From: Octopus vulgaris
Lineage: Eukaryota
Length of the DNA stretch: 64,000 nt
Direction of reading: 5' to 3'
NCBI GenBank assembly: GCA_951406725.2
Contig: OX597842.1
Coordinates: forward strand, 3,348,001 to 3,412,000
Shown here: one piece after another, positions 40,603-53,829 of the stretch
How positions within the stretch are numbered: position 1 is the first letter of the stretch
Layout: every line of letters starts with the position of its first letter
Position numbers and translations under genes: made by a program
The notes under the pieces: model-generated
Told to the model about the DNA's origin: nothing
Seen by the model: only the letters and a program-made list of their open reading frames with translations
Databases searched by the model: none

Positions 40603-40801
40603 TAGAGTGTTTTTAAATTTTGGCACAAGGCCAGTAATTTTAGGGGCGGGGGCTGTAGCCGATTATATCGTACTCCCGTGCTTGATCGGTACTTTTAAGT
40701 CCGAAAGAATGAAAGGCAAAGTTGACCTGGGCGGTTCTCAAACGATGGCGTGACAAACCCAAACACGAAGACACACACACGTTCAGCCTCGTAATAAATA
40801 T

Positions 40802-40985
40802 AGGAGCAGGCGTGGCTGTGTGGTAAGAAGTTTTCTTCCCAACCGCATAGTTCAGGGTTCAGTCCCACTACGTGGCACTTTAGGTAAGTGTCTTCTTGGG
40901 CCGATCAAAGCCTTGTGAGTGGATTTGGTAAACCGAAATTGAAAAGAAATCCGTTGTGTATATATAAATACATATAAATAAACTG

Positions 40986-41036
<51 letters not shown>

Positions 41037-41145
41037 ATCACGTGACCGACCAGACCATCAGATGTTGTTACACATCGCTGGTCCAATGCGTTCGCATTGT
41101 TTTAGCCTTCGAATGACGCCACCCCGCTGGCTAAGCGAGCAGGCC

Positions 41146-41241
<96 letters not shown>

Positions 41242-41442
41242 ATTTGTGTAAATGTGTGTCGCTTGACAACTGATGTTGGTGTGTGCATGTCCCCGTAAAT
41301 TAGCAAAAAAGTTCGGCAAAAGAGACCGATAGAATAAGTAGTAGGCTTACAAAGAATGAGTCCTGGGGGCGATTCCCTCGACTAAAGGAGGAACTCCAGC
41401 ATGGCCGCATTCAAATGACTAAAACAAGTAAAAGAATAAAAG
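40802..41442 (+). mobile_element. SINE family A with 116-bp insert in its internal (TA)n
   Basis: Head 40802-40960, insert 41030-41145, tail 41255-41442. Confidence 0.8.
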
Positions 41443-41482
41443 ACTATTTATGCGCGCACACATACATATATACATACATATA

Positions 41483-42050
41483 ACATCATCATCATCATCA
41501 TCATTTAACATCTGTTTTCCATGCTGGCATTGATCGGATGGTTTGATGCGAACGAAAAATGTCCTGGGGCCGTGCCAGATTCCATAGTCTGTTTTGGTTT
41601 GATTTCTATGGCTGGTTACCCTTCCACACGCCAACCACTTAACAGAGTGAACTGGGTGCTTTTCCAATGACACCAAAGCCTTTTCTTTTTACGTGCCACC
41701 AACACCAACACATTTTACGTGGCACCATCACCAGTTCTTTTTACGTGATACCATCACTAGCTCTTTTTATGTGGCACCACCATTTGTACTTTTTACGTGG
41801 CACTATCACCAGCGCTTTTTTACATGGCACTATCACCAGTACTTTCTACATGGCACCATCGCAAGTACTTTTTATGTAGCACCGTCTCAAATGATTCTTA
41901 CGTGGCACCATCAACAGCGCTTTTTACGTGGACCATTCATCAAATCAACTCACAAGTTACGGATTGTCCCGGGCCTATAATAGAAGACGCGCAATGTGCC
42001 ACACGGCGAAAAGGAACTGAACTTGAAACCATAGCCATTCCATTTGGGAA
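41483..42050 (-). mobile_element. Composite SINE: family A-like head, internal tandem array, RTE-like tail
   Basis: Decayed A-type head 41936-42050; about 9 copies of a 27-30 bp TTTTACGTGGCACCATCACCAG unit 41685-41935; tail CCAGCATGGAAAACAGATGTTAA(ATG)n with RTE-like GAAGGGTAACCAGCCATAGAAA motif. Confidence 0.6.
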
Positions 42051-42459
42051 ATAAGTATCACTCAAGTACTGGGGTCGATGTACTCAACTACTTTCTAATT
42101 AAGGCAAGAACTTTGAAAGTGTGTGAGGTGGGGTTGGACACATTCCAGGTACGTTGCGAAAGAAATTAGAGGTGAATAGATTTTTAAAATGTTGTTTTCT
42201 GATTGAGGCGCAATGATAGAAATTTTGAGGGGCAGGGGTTACAATGGCTGCTATCGACCCCGATACTTGACAGTACACCTTTGGTGTAAATCTGATAAAG
42301 GTCTGCTCTAATTTCTAAAACTGCAGACATTAGGTAAACTTCCACTTCGAAATTTTGCATAAACTGGCGTTGCAAGCAGAGCTGGGAGAGAAACGGTTGT
42401 AACGAATCCTTAAAGATGTGTTAAAGAATTTCTTTGTCTTATTATTCGGATTATATATA

Positions 42460-42504
<45 letters not shown>

Positions 42505-42636
42505 AAAGTAAGATAGGGGTTATGGATGTAACCCACTATGGGGATGTTCTCATTTGTAAAATGAATAGATAATCCGACATTATAATATCCGTAAGTTGAT
42601 GAACAAACTAAATCTGTTTCTCCATTTTCTTATTTG

Positions 42637-42695
<59 letters not shown>

Positions 42696-42727
42696 AAGGT
42701 TTTGAGGCGATGTACAGGTATTATATA

Positions 42728-42871
42728 TTAGAAGAAATAAGGTACTCAGAAATCTGGATGGTTTTATATTTACAGATATTTATTAATATGTCACATGTTT
42801 TTATAAATCATATATAGCGCTTGCATCTACTCTTGTAGAATTTCCATCCTGATTTCTGAGTATCTTATTTC

Positions 42872-42876
<5 letters not shown>
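42728..42876. mobile_element. Small (TA)n-associated element with terminal inverted repeats
   Basis: TTAGAAGAAATAAGGTACTCAGAAATC / GATTTCTGAGTATCTTATTTCTTCTAA; related copies at 9402-9485 (minus) and 56409-56490. Confidence 0.65.
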
Positions 42877-42928
<52 letters not shown>

Positions 42929-42930
<2 letters not shown>

Positions 42931-43089
42931 GGCGGGGTTCTGTCAGGTTCCTTCAGCCAAATCCATTCACAGGTATTTGATCAGCTCTAGGCTAAAGTAG
43001 AAGACATTTGCCCATGGTGCCACGCTCTTGAATTCTACGTGGAACCATGTGGCTGGGACGCAAACTTCTTACCACACAGCCACGCCTGC
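42929..43089 (-). mobile_element. SINE family A, 5' half
   Basis: Reverse complement of head and CORE-like region. Confidence 0.7.
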
Positions 43090-43099
43090 TTATAATAAT

Positions 43100-43464
43100 A
43101 AAAGAAATGCCTTCTAATCGATACTTCAGGCGCAACAAATGATAATATTTCTCTAAAATTATCTAAATACAAAGATCTGAAAATAAAGATAACCCAAATG
43201 CGGTTTTGTAAACAAAACATATAATTAGAGGGGATTTGGGAATGCTCAAAACTATGCAGACAAATACACAGCCAAAAACCTTGGAGATATATGTTTGTAT
43301 AACATACAGAAAATAGCATGCTAGGTACAGTATGCATATTATGTCGGGTACTTTCGATGCAGTAAAAATATGCGAAACCAAAACATAACGCTGCATGTAC
43401 CCAAGGGACTCAGAGCTGTACTCGGCAGTGCAATGAAAGCAATCCACAGAAACAAGACAACTGA
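43100..43464 (+). mobile_element. Diverged R4/Dong-like 3' end
   Basis: CLLIDTS, LSKYKDLKIKI, 3' UTR similar to 30770-30874, ends ACTGAATAAT. Confidence 0.7.
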
Positions 43465-44261
43465 ATAATGATGATGATGATGATGGTGAGAAGAAGTGTC
43501 TTGGGATTAATTAGAAGCATTATGGCATATAGAGGTGTGTGTGCCTGCGCGTGCGCGTCAGATGAAGAAAAGAGAACCACTAGATGGGTATAGTGGTGGC
43601 AGTCGGTTCAAAAGTTCACTTCGTAACCACGTAGTCTCAATTCTGGTTCTACCGTGTGCCACGTTTGGCAAGTGTCTTTTTCTGTATGTGTATTCTATGT
43701 GCGTGTGTATGTGTCTTTCTGCCTGTATGTATGTGTGTGTGTTGATAATTTAAACAACGTCTGACGAAATAGTCTGGTTATTGTCTTTTATAATGTAATA
43801 TATTGACATGAAAATAAGTACCAGTTAAATGCTGGGGTTGAAATAATCGACAATCCCTTCTCCTTAAAACTGCTGGACTTGTGTCAAAATTTGAATCTAA
43901 ATATGCTTACCCACATAGACACACACATACATACACACGCACACACACATACACATGCAAACACACAAACACGCTCACGCACTCACATACAAATACACAT
44001 TCACTCATATATATGCACACACACATACATACACATGTATACATATATATACACACACTCATGCAAGCATACATACACTCACATACAGACGCATGCACAT
44101 ATATACACGCGCGCACACAGACACACGCATACGTGCGCGCACACACACACACACAGATATACACCGCAAACCCAATACTATACACGTAATTTCAGACATA
44201 CCGTATAATCTATGCACGCACAAGCACACACACACACACACACACACACAACACACACAAA

Positions 44262-44880
44262 GGTAGATAAGCCTGGTAGAAATAGCAACCAAATCTCTCT
44301 CAAACCACACTCTACTGTCTTATGTATGTATATAAGTATGTATGAGCCAATGAGGAAGACCTCTACATGGTAGCTACACCTGGTAGAAATAGCAGCCACA
44401 TCACCCTCAAATCACACCCTACTGTCTTGTATGTATGAACCAATAAGAGAAGCCTTTACATGGTAGCTAGACCTGGTAGAAATAGCAGCCAAATCTCCCT
44501 CATCTTACACCCTACTGTCTTATGTATGTATATAAGTATGTATAAGCAAGTGAGAGAGACCTCTACATGGTAGATAGACCTGGTAGAAATAGCTGCCAAA
44601 TCTCCCTCAAATCACACCCTACTGTCTTATGTAAGTAGATATGTATGTATGAGCCAGTGAGAGATACCTCTACATGGTAGCTAGATCTGGTAGAAATAGC
44701 AGCCAAATCTCCCTCAAATCACATTCTACTGTTTTATGTATGTATATACGTATGAGCCAATGAGAGAGACCTCGACATGGTAGTTTGACCTGGTAGAAAT
44801 AACAGCCAAATCTCCCTCAAAGCACACCCTACTGTCTTATATATGTATATATGTATGTATGAGCCAATGAGGGAGACCTC
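44262..44880. repeat. Tandem repeat, about 107-bp unit, about 6 copies
   Basis: Units start near 44262, 44369, 44462, 44569, 44676, 44779 (GGTAGCTAGACCTGGTAGAAATAGCAGCCAAATCTCCCTCAAATCACACCCTACTGTC). Confidence 0.9.
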
Positions 44881-45579
44881 ATTATTTATGAGATTACGAG
44901 AGGGATCTGTGCGTGATTGCTAGACTTGTTAAAAATCTCAAACCAAATCTTCATAACACAAAGGCGGTCTGGTTTTAGGTGCGAAGTCTGCTTTGGCTAG
45001 ACCTGGGGCTTAATAACAGCAACAACAACAACAACAATAACAACGGAAATAGCAATAATAATATAGTAACATATAAAATATATAAAAACAAACACGGAGC
45101 CGTCTCCATTACGGCGCGAACTCGTAGTCATTTAGGCGTGTTAATGAAAATACCAAATGTTAATCAGGCGTAGAGTTATTCGCTTGTGGGGTGATGGGGT
45201 AAGAGTGACGTGTATCGTGGGGACCCGGCAGCAAGAGTTCTTCAGCAATTAATTCAAAGTAATTATAATCGCTTTGAAATGTCATTTTCGAATTGCGGTT
45301 GCAGTCAACATAGCGTTTCGTTATCCAGAAACTGATAAAATAATCTGTGCGTTTACTTCTTTCTGTTATTGGGCAGCGGTTGTGCTGGGCTTAGGGAACC
45401 GCCATGGAGGGGGTTTAGTGGAATATATCGACCCCGGGTTTTATGTGGGTGTTTTCTTTTTTTAAAGTGTGTTTTTTATTTTTTGTTTTGTTGTTTTTTT
45501 TGCTGAAAAGAAACCTTATCAGTTGTCAAGCACCGAGAGGACAAATATAAACACGAAGGCATAGAGACATTCATACAGG

Positions 45580-45655
<76 letters not shown>

Positions 45656-45808
45656 CATATACACATACATATATATGTACTTTTCTCTCCTATGTTTACG
45701 TATTTTTCACTCGTTGGTGATGTCCTGTACACAATGTGCATTTTTTATTGAATACACACACACACACATATATATGTACGTATGTATATATATATATATG
45801 TATGTATG

Positions 45809-45857
<49 letters not shown>

Positions 45858-45868
45858 ACGTATGTATA

Positions 45869-46255
45869 GGCGTAGGAGTGGCTAGGTGGTAAGTAACTTG
45901 CTTACGAACCACATGGTTCCGGGTTCAGTTCCACTGCGTGGCATCTTGGGCAAGTGTCTTCTACTATAGCATCGGGCCGACCAAAGAAGCCCATAGTATA
46001 TTTGTATATATATGTACGTATGTGTGTGTATGTGTTTGTGTGTCTGTGTTTGTCCCTCCAGCATCGCCTGACAACCGATGCTGGTGTAATTACGTCCCCG
46101 TAACTTAGCGGTTCGGCAAAAGCAGCCGATAGAATAAGTACTAGGTGTTCAAAGAATAAGTCCTGGGGTCGATTTTCTCGACTAAAGGCAGTGCTCCAGC
46201 ATGGCCACAGTCAAACGACTGAAACAAGTAAAAGAGCAAAAAAGATAGTAAAAGA

Positions 46256-46256
<1 letters not shown>
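45869..46256 (+). mobile_element. SINE family A with internal deletion
   Basis: Head and tail intact; deletion joins CCAAAG to AAGCCC. Confidence 0.85.
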
Positions 46257-46351
<95 letters not shown>

Positions 46352-46622
46352 CCATATCTGCTAACGATTACATTTAATAATTTTTGTGTATTTGTTTCGT
46401 TTTGCATCAGATTTTTATTGATCTTCTATATGAAGCTGTGTTCCTCAATTTGCTGATTTTGTATACACATAGCGAGAAGTAATCTTGCAGAAGAGACGCT
46501 ATTTTAAAGAGATACATCTTATAATCACCTGAAGAGGTACATCTACACCGATGGATACTCCTAAACCTGTTGTTATGTATCCCATCTATGAAGGATCGAT
46601 GCTAAATGGGTCGAAACAATTG

Positions 46623-47026
46623 TACTCTCTTTTACTCTTTTACTCTTTTACTTCTTTCAGTCATTTGACTGCGGCCATGCTGGAGCACCGCCTTTAGTCG
46701 AGCAAATCGACCCCTGGACTTATTCTTTGTAAGCCCAGTACTTATTCTATCGGTTTCTTTTGCCGAACCGCTAAGTTACGGGGACGTAAACACACCAGCA
46801 TCGGTTGTCAAGCAATGCTAGGGGGACAAACACAGACACACAAACACACACATACATATATATATACGACAGGCTTCTTTCAGTTTCCGTCTACCAAATC
46901 CACTCACACGGCATTGGTCGGCCCGGGGCTATAGCAGAAGACACTTGCCCAAGATGCCACGCAGTGGGACTGAACCCGGAACCATGTGGTTGGTTAGCAA
47001 GCTACTTACCACACAGCCACTCCTCC
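46623..47026 (-). mobile_element. SINE family A, full length
   Basis: Reverse complement of consensus. Confidence 0.9.
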
Positions 47027-47532
47027 TACTGATCAATAAACATTTTCGAATCTTCCATTTTCTGTCTCAAATACACTAAATAACCAATGAACTCTTTGAA
47101 AATGTACATGCTTTACCGGTAAGCTAGTCATGGACAGGCACTTCATTTCACCTCTGGTTCGGTTCAGGTACGTAATGTTGATAAGCCACAAAAATGGTGA
47201 AGCATTTATGTCTATCACCCCTGAATGGAACTCCAGGTGAGGTGTTTCGCCTGTATACTTTGAGTATATAATCGACTTAATCCCTTTGTCTGTCCATGTT
47301 TGTCCCCTCTGTGTTTAGCCCCTTGTGGGCAATAAAGAAATAAGAAACAGATAGATAGACAAGCATAGACAGGATGACAGAGTAAGCTTTGAGAGAGTCA
47401 TCTCCACTGCATCAATTCCCACCCTATCGGCGAACAAGCAGGGCGTGTATGTTGCATATGTGTGCTCTATGTGTTCAATATACATACACACACACATACA
47501 TACATACATACATACATACATACATACATACA

Positions 47533-47564
<32 letters not shown>

Positions 47565-47735
47565 AAAACAAAAAACGAAGACAGGTGTATGAACAACAAG
47601 CAGGTGTGTTAGTTTGATGCTCGGCAAAAATGAAAAAGTCTTTTACGTTTCGAGCCTACGCTCTTCAGCAGAGAAGAACAAGAGAAAATAAACAGATAGA
47701 CAATAAAAACAACTTGTGGGTTTAGCGGTCAAGCA
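47565..47735 (-). mobile_element. Short hammerhead-like element family D
   Basis: Minus strand CTGCTGA-A-GAGC-GTAG-GCTC-GAAA-CGTA-AAAG at 47640-47676. Confidence 0.65.
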
Positions 47736-47742
47736 TATATTC

Positions 47743-47892
47743 GACGGGCTTCTTTCAGTTTCTACCAAATCCACTCACAAGGCTTTGGTCAGCCCAAGGC
47801 TATAGTAGAAGACACTTACCCAAGGTGCCACACACGGGGATTGAACACGGAACCTTGTGGTTGGTTAGCAAACTCCTTACCACACAGCCACG
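47743..47892 (-). mobile_element. SINE family A, 5' half
   Basis: Reverse complement of head. Confidence 0.75.
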
Positions 47893-48341
47893 TACGTGTG
47901 TGTATATGTGTGTAAATGGCTGCAATGTATTGTGTGTCTTTGTACGTTTGTCTATTTTATTATTTCACAGCACGGGCAATCATACAGTATGGAACGGGTG
48001 TATATGAGTGTATGTAATGTGACAGGATGTACGAAGGAGTGTATAAGCTAAGTGTGTATGTAAAGTTCGGTGGGTGCCTGGTGGGAAAACTAGTTGTCCA
48101 TCTCAATTAAAATATGTTGATGGTGGTGGTGGTGACGGTGATGGTGGGGGTGACGGGGGTGTGGGTGACAGTGATGGTGGTGGTGATGGGGGGGCTGTAA
48201 TGAGGAGATTGTGAGCCAATACATAAATACACATCCGCGCGCGCAATTATGTGTATATGTCTTGTTATATATGTACATATATAATTATTATATATGTATA
48301 TATATATGTGTGTGTGTGTGTGTGAATGTATGCATAGATAC

Positions 48342-48384
<43 letters not shown>

Positions 48385-48869
48385 TCTATATTATTATATA
48401 TGTATATATATATAGGTGTATATGTATGAATGTAAGTATATATACCTGTGAGTACATGTCCGTATGTGTGTGTGTGTCACTTACAAAGGATGGACGACTA
48501 ATCACTGGTTTACGAATAAATTTGTTACATAATATTACAAGATATAATGAGACTTTCCCGGGGTACCTACGTTGATTGGGGTTGGAATCTTATGAATTAC
48601 AACTGTCCAAGCACTAATTTGGTGCCTTGCTATTCTGGCGTAAGCATCCTCATATCTCTACCTATCTATCTACCTACCTACCTACCTACCTACCTACCTA
48701 CCTACCTACCTACCCACCTACCTACCTATCTACCTACCTACCTATCTATCTATCTGTATATCTCTCTATCTGTCTGTCTGTCTTCCTGTCTCTGCTTGTC
48801 TATCTGAAAGATAGACCTACGTATCTGTTTCTCTCTCTCTCTCTCTCCTTCTCATTGCTTGTCTATATT

Positions 48870-48927
<58 letters not shown>

Positions 48928-49187
48928 CCTCCATCCATCTGATAATCCTCATATCTCTCTATTTATCTACGTATCTATTTATCTCTATTTATCTACGTAT
49001 CTAATCTCTCTATTTATCTACGTATCTATATCTGCTTATCTATCTATTTATTTATCTATCTATTTTATATGTCTATCCATATATATATTATTCATATATA
49101 TATATACATATATATAATCCATATATATATATATATATACATATATATAATCCATATATATATATTTATATATATATATAATCCATA

Positions 49188-49226
<39 letters not shown>

Positions 49227-49496
49227 CTGTCCCTTTTGCTGTCCTGGTGTTCGTATGCATTCGATCCTTCTTCCAGGAAATCTACGCTTCCAGCTTAGTT
49301 TTTCTAATGCTCGTTGCTTAGTTTTTCTTGGAGGGCTGGCCGTGATCTAGTAATCTCAAGATTAATCAGCCGAAATTACTACGATGATCCGGTTCTTGAC
49401 TGAAGACTGAGGGTCTCGAATGTCCTGTCCGTGTTTATTGTATCGTCTTCTAAGAGTTATACGTTCTTGTCCATGTTGTATTTTTCTACATACCTT

Positions 49497-49543
<47 letters not shown>

Positions 49544-50237
49544 GTCTCTCTCTATCCATCTATGCGCTTGTCGGTCCATCAGTGTATCCATCTATCAATC
49601 AGTCAGTTTATCTATCTCTCTATGCGCAAGCGTAGCTGTGTAGTAAGAAATTTGCTTCCCAACCATATGTTCGCAGTTCCGTCCCACTGTGTGGCACCTT
49701 GTGCCAGTGTCTCCTACTAATCCTACCCCAAAACGTGAGTCGATTTCGTTGATGGAAACTCAAAGAATCCTGTCGTAAAACTGTGAACTTTTGCTCAAGG
49801 AACCAATACTTTCGACAAAAGAACTGAACTGTATGCACGCGGCTAAGTTTTATGCAAATAAACGCCTCCTTGAACTTCGTTCTTGTTCAAGGTAACACGT
49901 TTGTTTTGGAAATGTTTAAATAATAGGTTGTAGTGATGTATATTTTAATATATGAGGGTGCGTGTTTATTTGTATATGTATACATGTGTGTGTGTGTGAG
50001 AAAATATGATTTTGTGTGTATATGTGTGCATGTATGCGTCTGCCCAGGCACACGCAAAATAAACACTCGCATTCACACACTTTATTTTCATAAAGATTAA
50101 TTAAGATTATTAAATAAAAGTATTAATTAATAGAATAACTTTGGAACATTTCTTAAACAGCAAAGCAATTTCCTGATTTCAATTTTATGGCATTTGTGAC
50201 GTATATAATAATATTACCATGAGAAATAATAAATAAT

Positions 50238-50488
50238 GAATGCGCCCTTTTAAAGCCTAGCCACGCTCATGGGCCCGGTTTACCGGTTTCTATGTCGTAT
50301 GTGTTCCCCAGCTGGACAGGACGCCAGTCCATCGCAGCGTTACTAATTTTTGCCAGGTGAGTAAACTGGAGCAACGTGAAATGAAGTGTTTTGCTCAAGA
50401 ACACAACGCGTCACCCGGTCCAGGAATCGAAACCACAATCTTACGATCATGATGTTGACACACTAACCACTAAGCCACGCGCCTCCAC
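50238..50488 (-). mobile_element. tRNA-derived SINE family E (CORE/V-like body)
   Basis: Minus strand GGCGCGTGGCTTAGTGG A-box, GGTTTCGATTCC B-box, GTGTTCTTGAGCAAAACACTT, CTGCGATGGACTGGCGTCCTGTCCAG. Confidence 0.8.
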
Positions 50489-50857
50489 TATTACCATGAG
50501 AACTACCAATGAAATCAAAAGCATGAGCTTGAAGCAGCCGTTTATATACAAGTCATTCACAAAGTTTTTAAACGAAAGAACATAAAGGTAAGCAACTTCT
50601 TCAAACTTTCATTTCATATTTTAAAAAATATTCAGTCAGTGAATATTTAAAAGAAAACCAAGCTTCGTTTAAGAACTGATGATCGGAAACGAGTAGTTCT
50701 GAGCACAGGAAATTGGAACCTTTCTGTTAAAATACATAAAAGAATACTCTGCATTTGTATTGAGTCCTCTAATTTATCGCATCTGCTTAATTAGCAATGT
50801 AACTACACATGTGCTGTTGACGAGTTCTTTTCTTTCTTTGGACTTTCCACTTTCTCC

Positions 50858-50891
50858 TTTCTGACGAAGAGCTATTACTCGAAACTTCAAG
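50858..50891 (+). ncRNA. Minimal hammerhead motif, intact core
   Basis: TTT-CTGACGA-A-GAG-CTATTA-CTC-GAAA-CT-TC-AAG; weak stems, same design as families C/D. Confidence 0.55.
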
Positions 50892-51149
50892 AACTCTTTC
50901 TCTCTCTTTTTACTGAGCGTCAAGCTAATACATTCTTTGAGCATGTCCTCTTGTTGTCTGTTATTGTTAATTTCATTGTTCATTTCTTTGAAATGACTCT
51001 GTGCGAGTGTGTGTGCGTGTGTGTCTTCGTCATTGTTACCTGCCCCTGCAGTTTTTTGGGTCCATCTATCTATATATCTATCTATGTATCTATCTGTCTT
51101 TCTACCTACCTACCTACCTACCTACCTACCTACCTACCTACCTACCTTC

Positions 51150-51180
<31 letters not shown>

Positions 51181-51193
51181 CCTATCTATCTAC

Positions 51194-51249
<56 letters not shown>

Positions 51250-51951
51250 CAATCTATCTATTTATCTATCTATCTATCTACATATATCTGTAGATAAAAA
51301 GGATGTAAGGAGTCGTCGAGTTTTACAATTGTTTCAAAACCACACCTAGCGCATGTTATGTACAAACTAAGAATGTCCTATAACTCGTCAACATACTTTC
51401 CTCTCAAGTACATGAAACTCTTTAATTGAAAATAGTTTGTCGTAGACAAGAATACAAACGTTCTATCTTTGACGCTTCATATACATTAATCAGATTATAC
51501 TCGACTGCAACCAGTGAAAGAATTTTCGAGTATGCTGAAAGCGATATGAAACCACACCCTATCTTTGTCGCAAAGGTAATCGGTGGGCAAGGCACATAAT
51601 TGGTTCTTTGCCGATTACAATCTCCACTCCCATTGTTTTGATCTTTTCTGCAAGCCTGTTCTTTTTTATTGCATTCATCTCCCACGGCAGATTACTTTTA
51701 ACTAAAGAATCGGATGTACCCGAGGTGAAAGTACACTGGGTTGTTCTGTGAGCTCTGAAACGTTTCGTAAAATGTACTCAATGCACTCTTGATACATACT
51801 CGGTAGCTTCTCCCATCTTTTTTATTTTACAGATTTCATTGTCGCATTATAAGGAACGTTTGTCGCTTTGGAAATGGAATCGTATACTATTCGTCATTTA
51901 ATCAGAATTTTTTGTCTAATCACGATATGGGGCGCAATGTACTTGATATAG

Positions 51952-52325
51952 TAATCCTTTCTACTATAAGCAGGGGGCCTAAAATTTGGGGGAAGGGACT
52001 GGTCGATTGTATCGACCCCCATTGTTTCAGTTGTACTTTATTTATCTACCCACAAAAGGATAAAAAGCAAAGTCGACCTTGGCAGAATTTGAACTCAGAA
52101 TGTAAAGACGGACAAAATGTCGCTAAACATTTTGCCCAGTGTGCTAATGATTCTGCCAGCTCAGTATCTTGATGATAATAATAATAATAATCTTGTCTAC
52201 TATAGGTACTAGACCTGAAATTTTGGCGGAAAGGGACTAGTCGATTACATCAAACCAAGTGTGTAACTGGAACTTAATTTATCGACCCCAAAAGGATGAA
52301 AGGCAAAGTCGACCTCGACGGAATG
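51952..52325 (-). mobile_element. Two tandem SINE family B copies (tail 2, ATT-ended)
   Basis: 51952-52162 and 52190-52325 match family B body; tail CCCCAAATTTTAGGCC...TATAGTAGAAAGGATT. Confidence 0.75.
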
Positions 52326-52438
52326 TATTTCATGTATGAATAACTTTTATTCAACAATTACCGAGTCGCTGTATTTTCTATACGTACCTTTTTCACATTG
52401 TTCTTAGTACATTTTGTGTGTGTGTGTGTGTGAGGGTA

Positions 52439-52587
52439 GGCGCAGGTGTGGCTGTGTGGTAAGAAACTTGCTTTCTAACATTGTCGTACCGAGGTTCAGT
52501 TCCGCTGCGTACCTTCTACTACAGCCTCGGGCCGACCAAAGCCTTGTGAGTGGATTTGGTAGACGGAAACTGAAAGTACCTGTCGTA
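52439..52587 (+). mobile_element. SINE family A, 5' half
   Basis: Its 3' half appears at 53445-53605; interrupted by nested insertions in the microsatellite. Confidence 0.75.
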
Positions 52588-52676
<89 letters not shown>

Positions 52677-52677
<1 letters not shown>

Positions 52678-52897
52678 CTCTTTTACTCTTTTACTTGTTT
52701 CAGTCATTTGACTGCGGCCATGCTGGAGCACCGCCTTTTTTAATCGAGCAACTCGACGCCGGGACTTATTCTTTTGTAAGCCTAGTACTTATTCTATCGG
52801 TCTCTTTTGCCGAACCGCTAAGTAACGGGGACATAAACACACCAGCATCGGTTGCCAAGCAATGCTAGGGGGACAAACACAGACACAAACACACCCA

Positions 52898-52936
<39 letters not shown>

Positions 52937-53096
52937 GACGGGCTTCTTTCAGTTTCCGTCTACCAAATCCACTCACAAGGCTTTGGTCGACCCGAGGCTA
53001 TAGTAGAAGACACTTGCCCAAGGTGCCACGCAGTGGGACTGAACCCGGAACCATGTGGTTGGTAAACAAGCTACATACCACACAGCCACTTCTACG

Positions 53097-53098
<2 letters not shown>
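52677..53098 (-). mobile_element. SINE family A, full length, nested
   Basis: Reverse complement of consensus. Confidence 0.9.
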
Positions 53099-53149
<51 letters not shown>

Positions 53150-53302
53150 TTGAAATTTATAGAGATTTGTATTGACATCATCAGAGAAATTGAAAACGTT
53201 TTTCAATGTTTCGAGCCGACGCTCATCAACAGAAAGTAATAAGAGATAATAAACTGAGAAAAAGACTGAAAAAACTTGTAGATTTAATTTAGCGGTCAAG
53301 CA
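53150..53302 (-). mobile_element. Short hammerhead-like element family D
   Basis: Minus strand CTGTTGA-T-GAGC-GTCG-GCTC-GAAA-CATT-GAAA at 53201-53235; (TA)n flanks. Confidence 0.6.
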
Positions 53303-53359
<57 letters not shown>

Positions 53360-53779
53360 GAATGGTCATATTGCCAGTTTAGCCAATAAAAACACACGCA
53401 CTATATATATATATATACATGTGTGTGTGAGAGAGTGTGTGTGTGTGTGTTTGCCTCCCACCATCGCTTGACAACCGCTGCTGGTTCATCCTCGTAACTT
53501 AGCAGTTCGGCAAAAGAGACCGATAGAATAAGTACTAGGCTTACAAAGATTAAGTCCTCGGGCCGACTTCTACGGCTAAATGACTGAAACAAGTAAAAGA
53601 ATAAAAAAACATACAAACACACATACATATATAGACAGATATATATATCTAAATGTATGTTGGTTTGTATGAAAAGACACAAGCACGCACACACATATTA
53701 TATAAATGTGAATGTATATGCAGATATATAGATATATGATGTGTGTGTATATACAGTTATGCCTACAGATATACATATA

Positions 53780-53798
53780 AATACATACATACATACAT

Positions 53799-53829
<31 letters not shown>

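Noticed and set aside
50672-50700. AGAA-CTGATGA-TCG-GAAA-CGAG-TA-GTTCT hammerhead-like string
   Set aside because: Only 3 nt where stem II should be and stem I is out of register; chance match or dead remnant.
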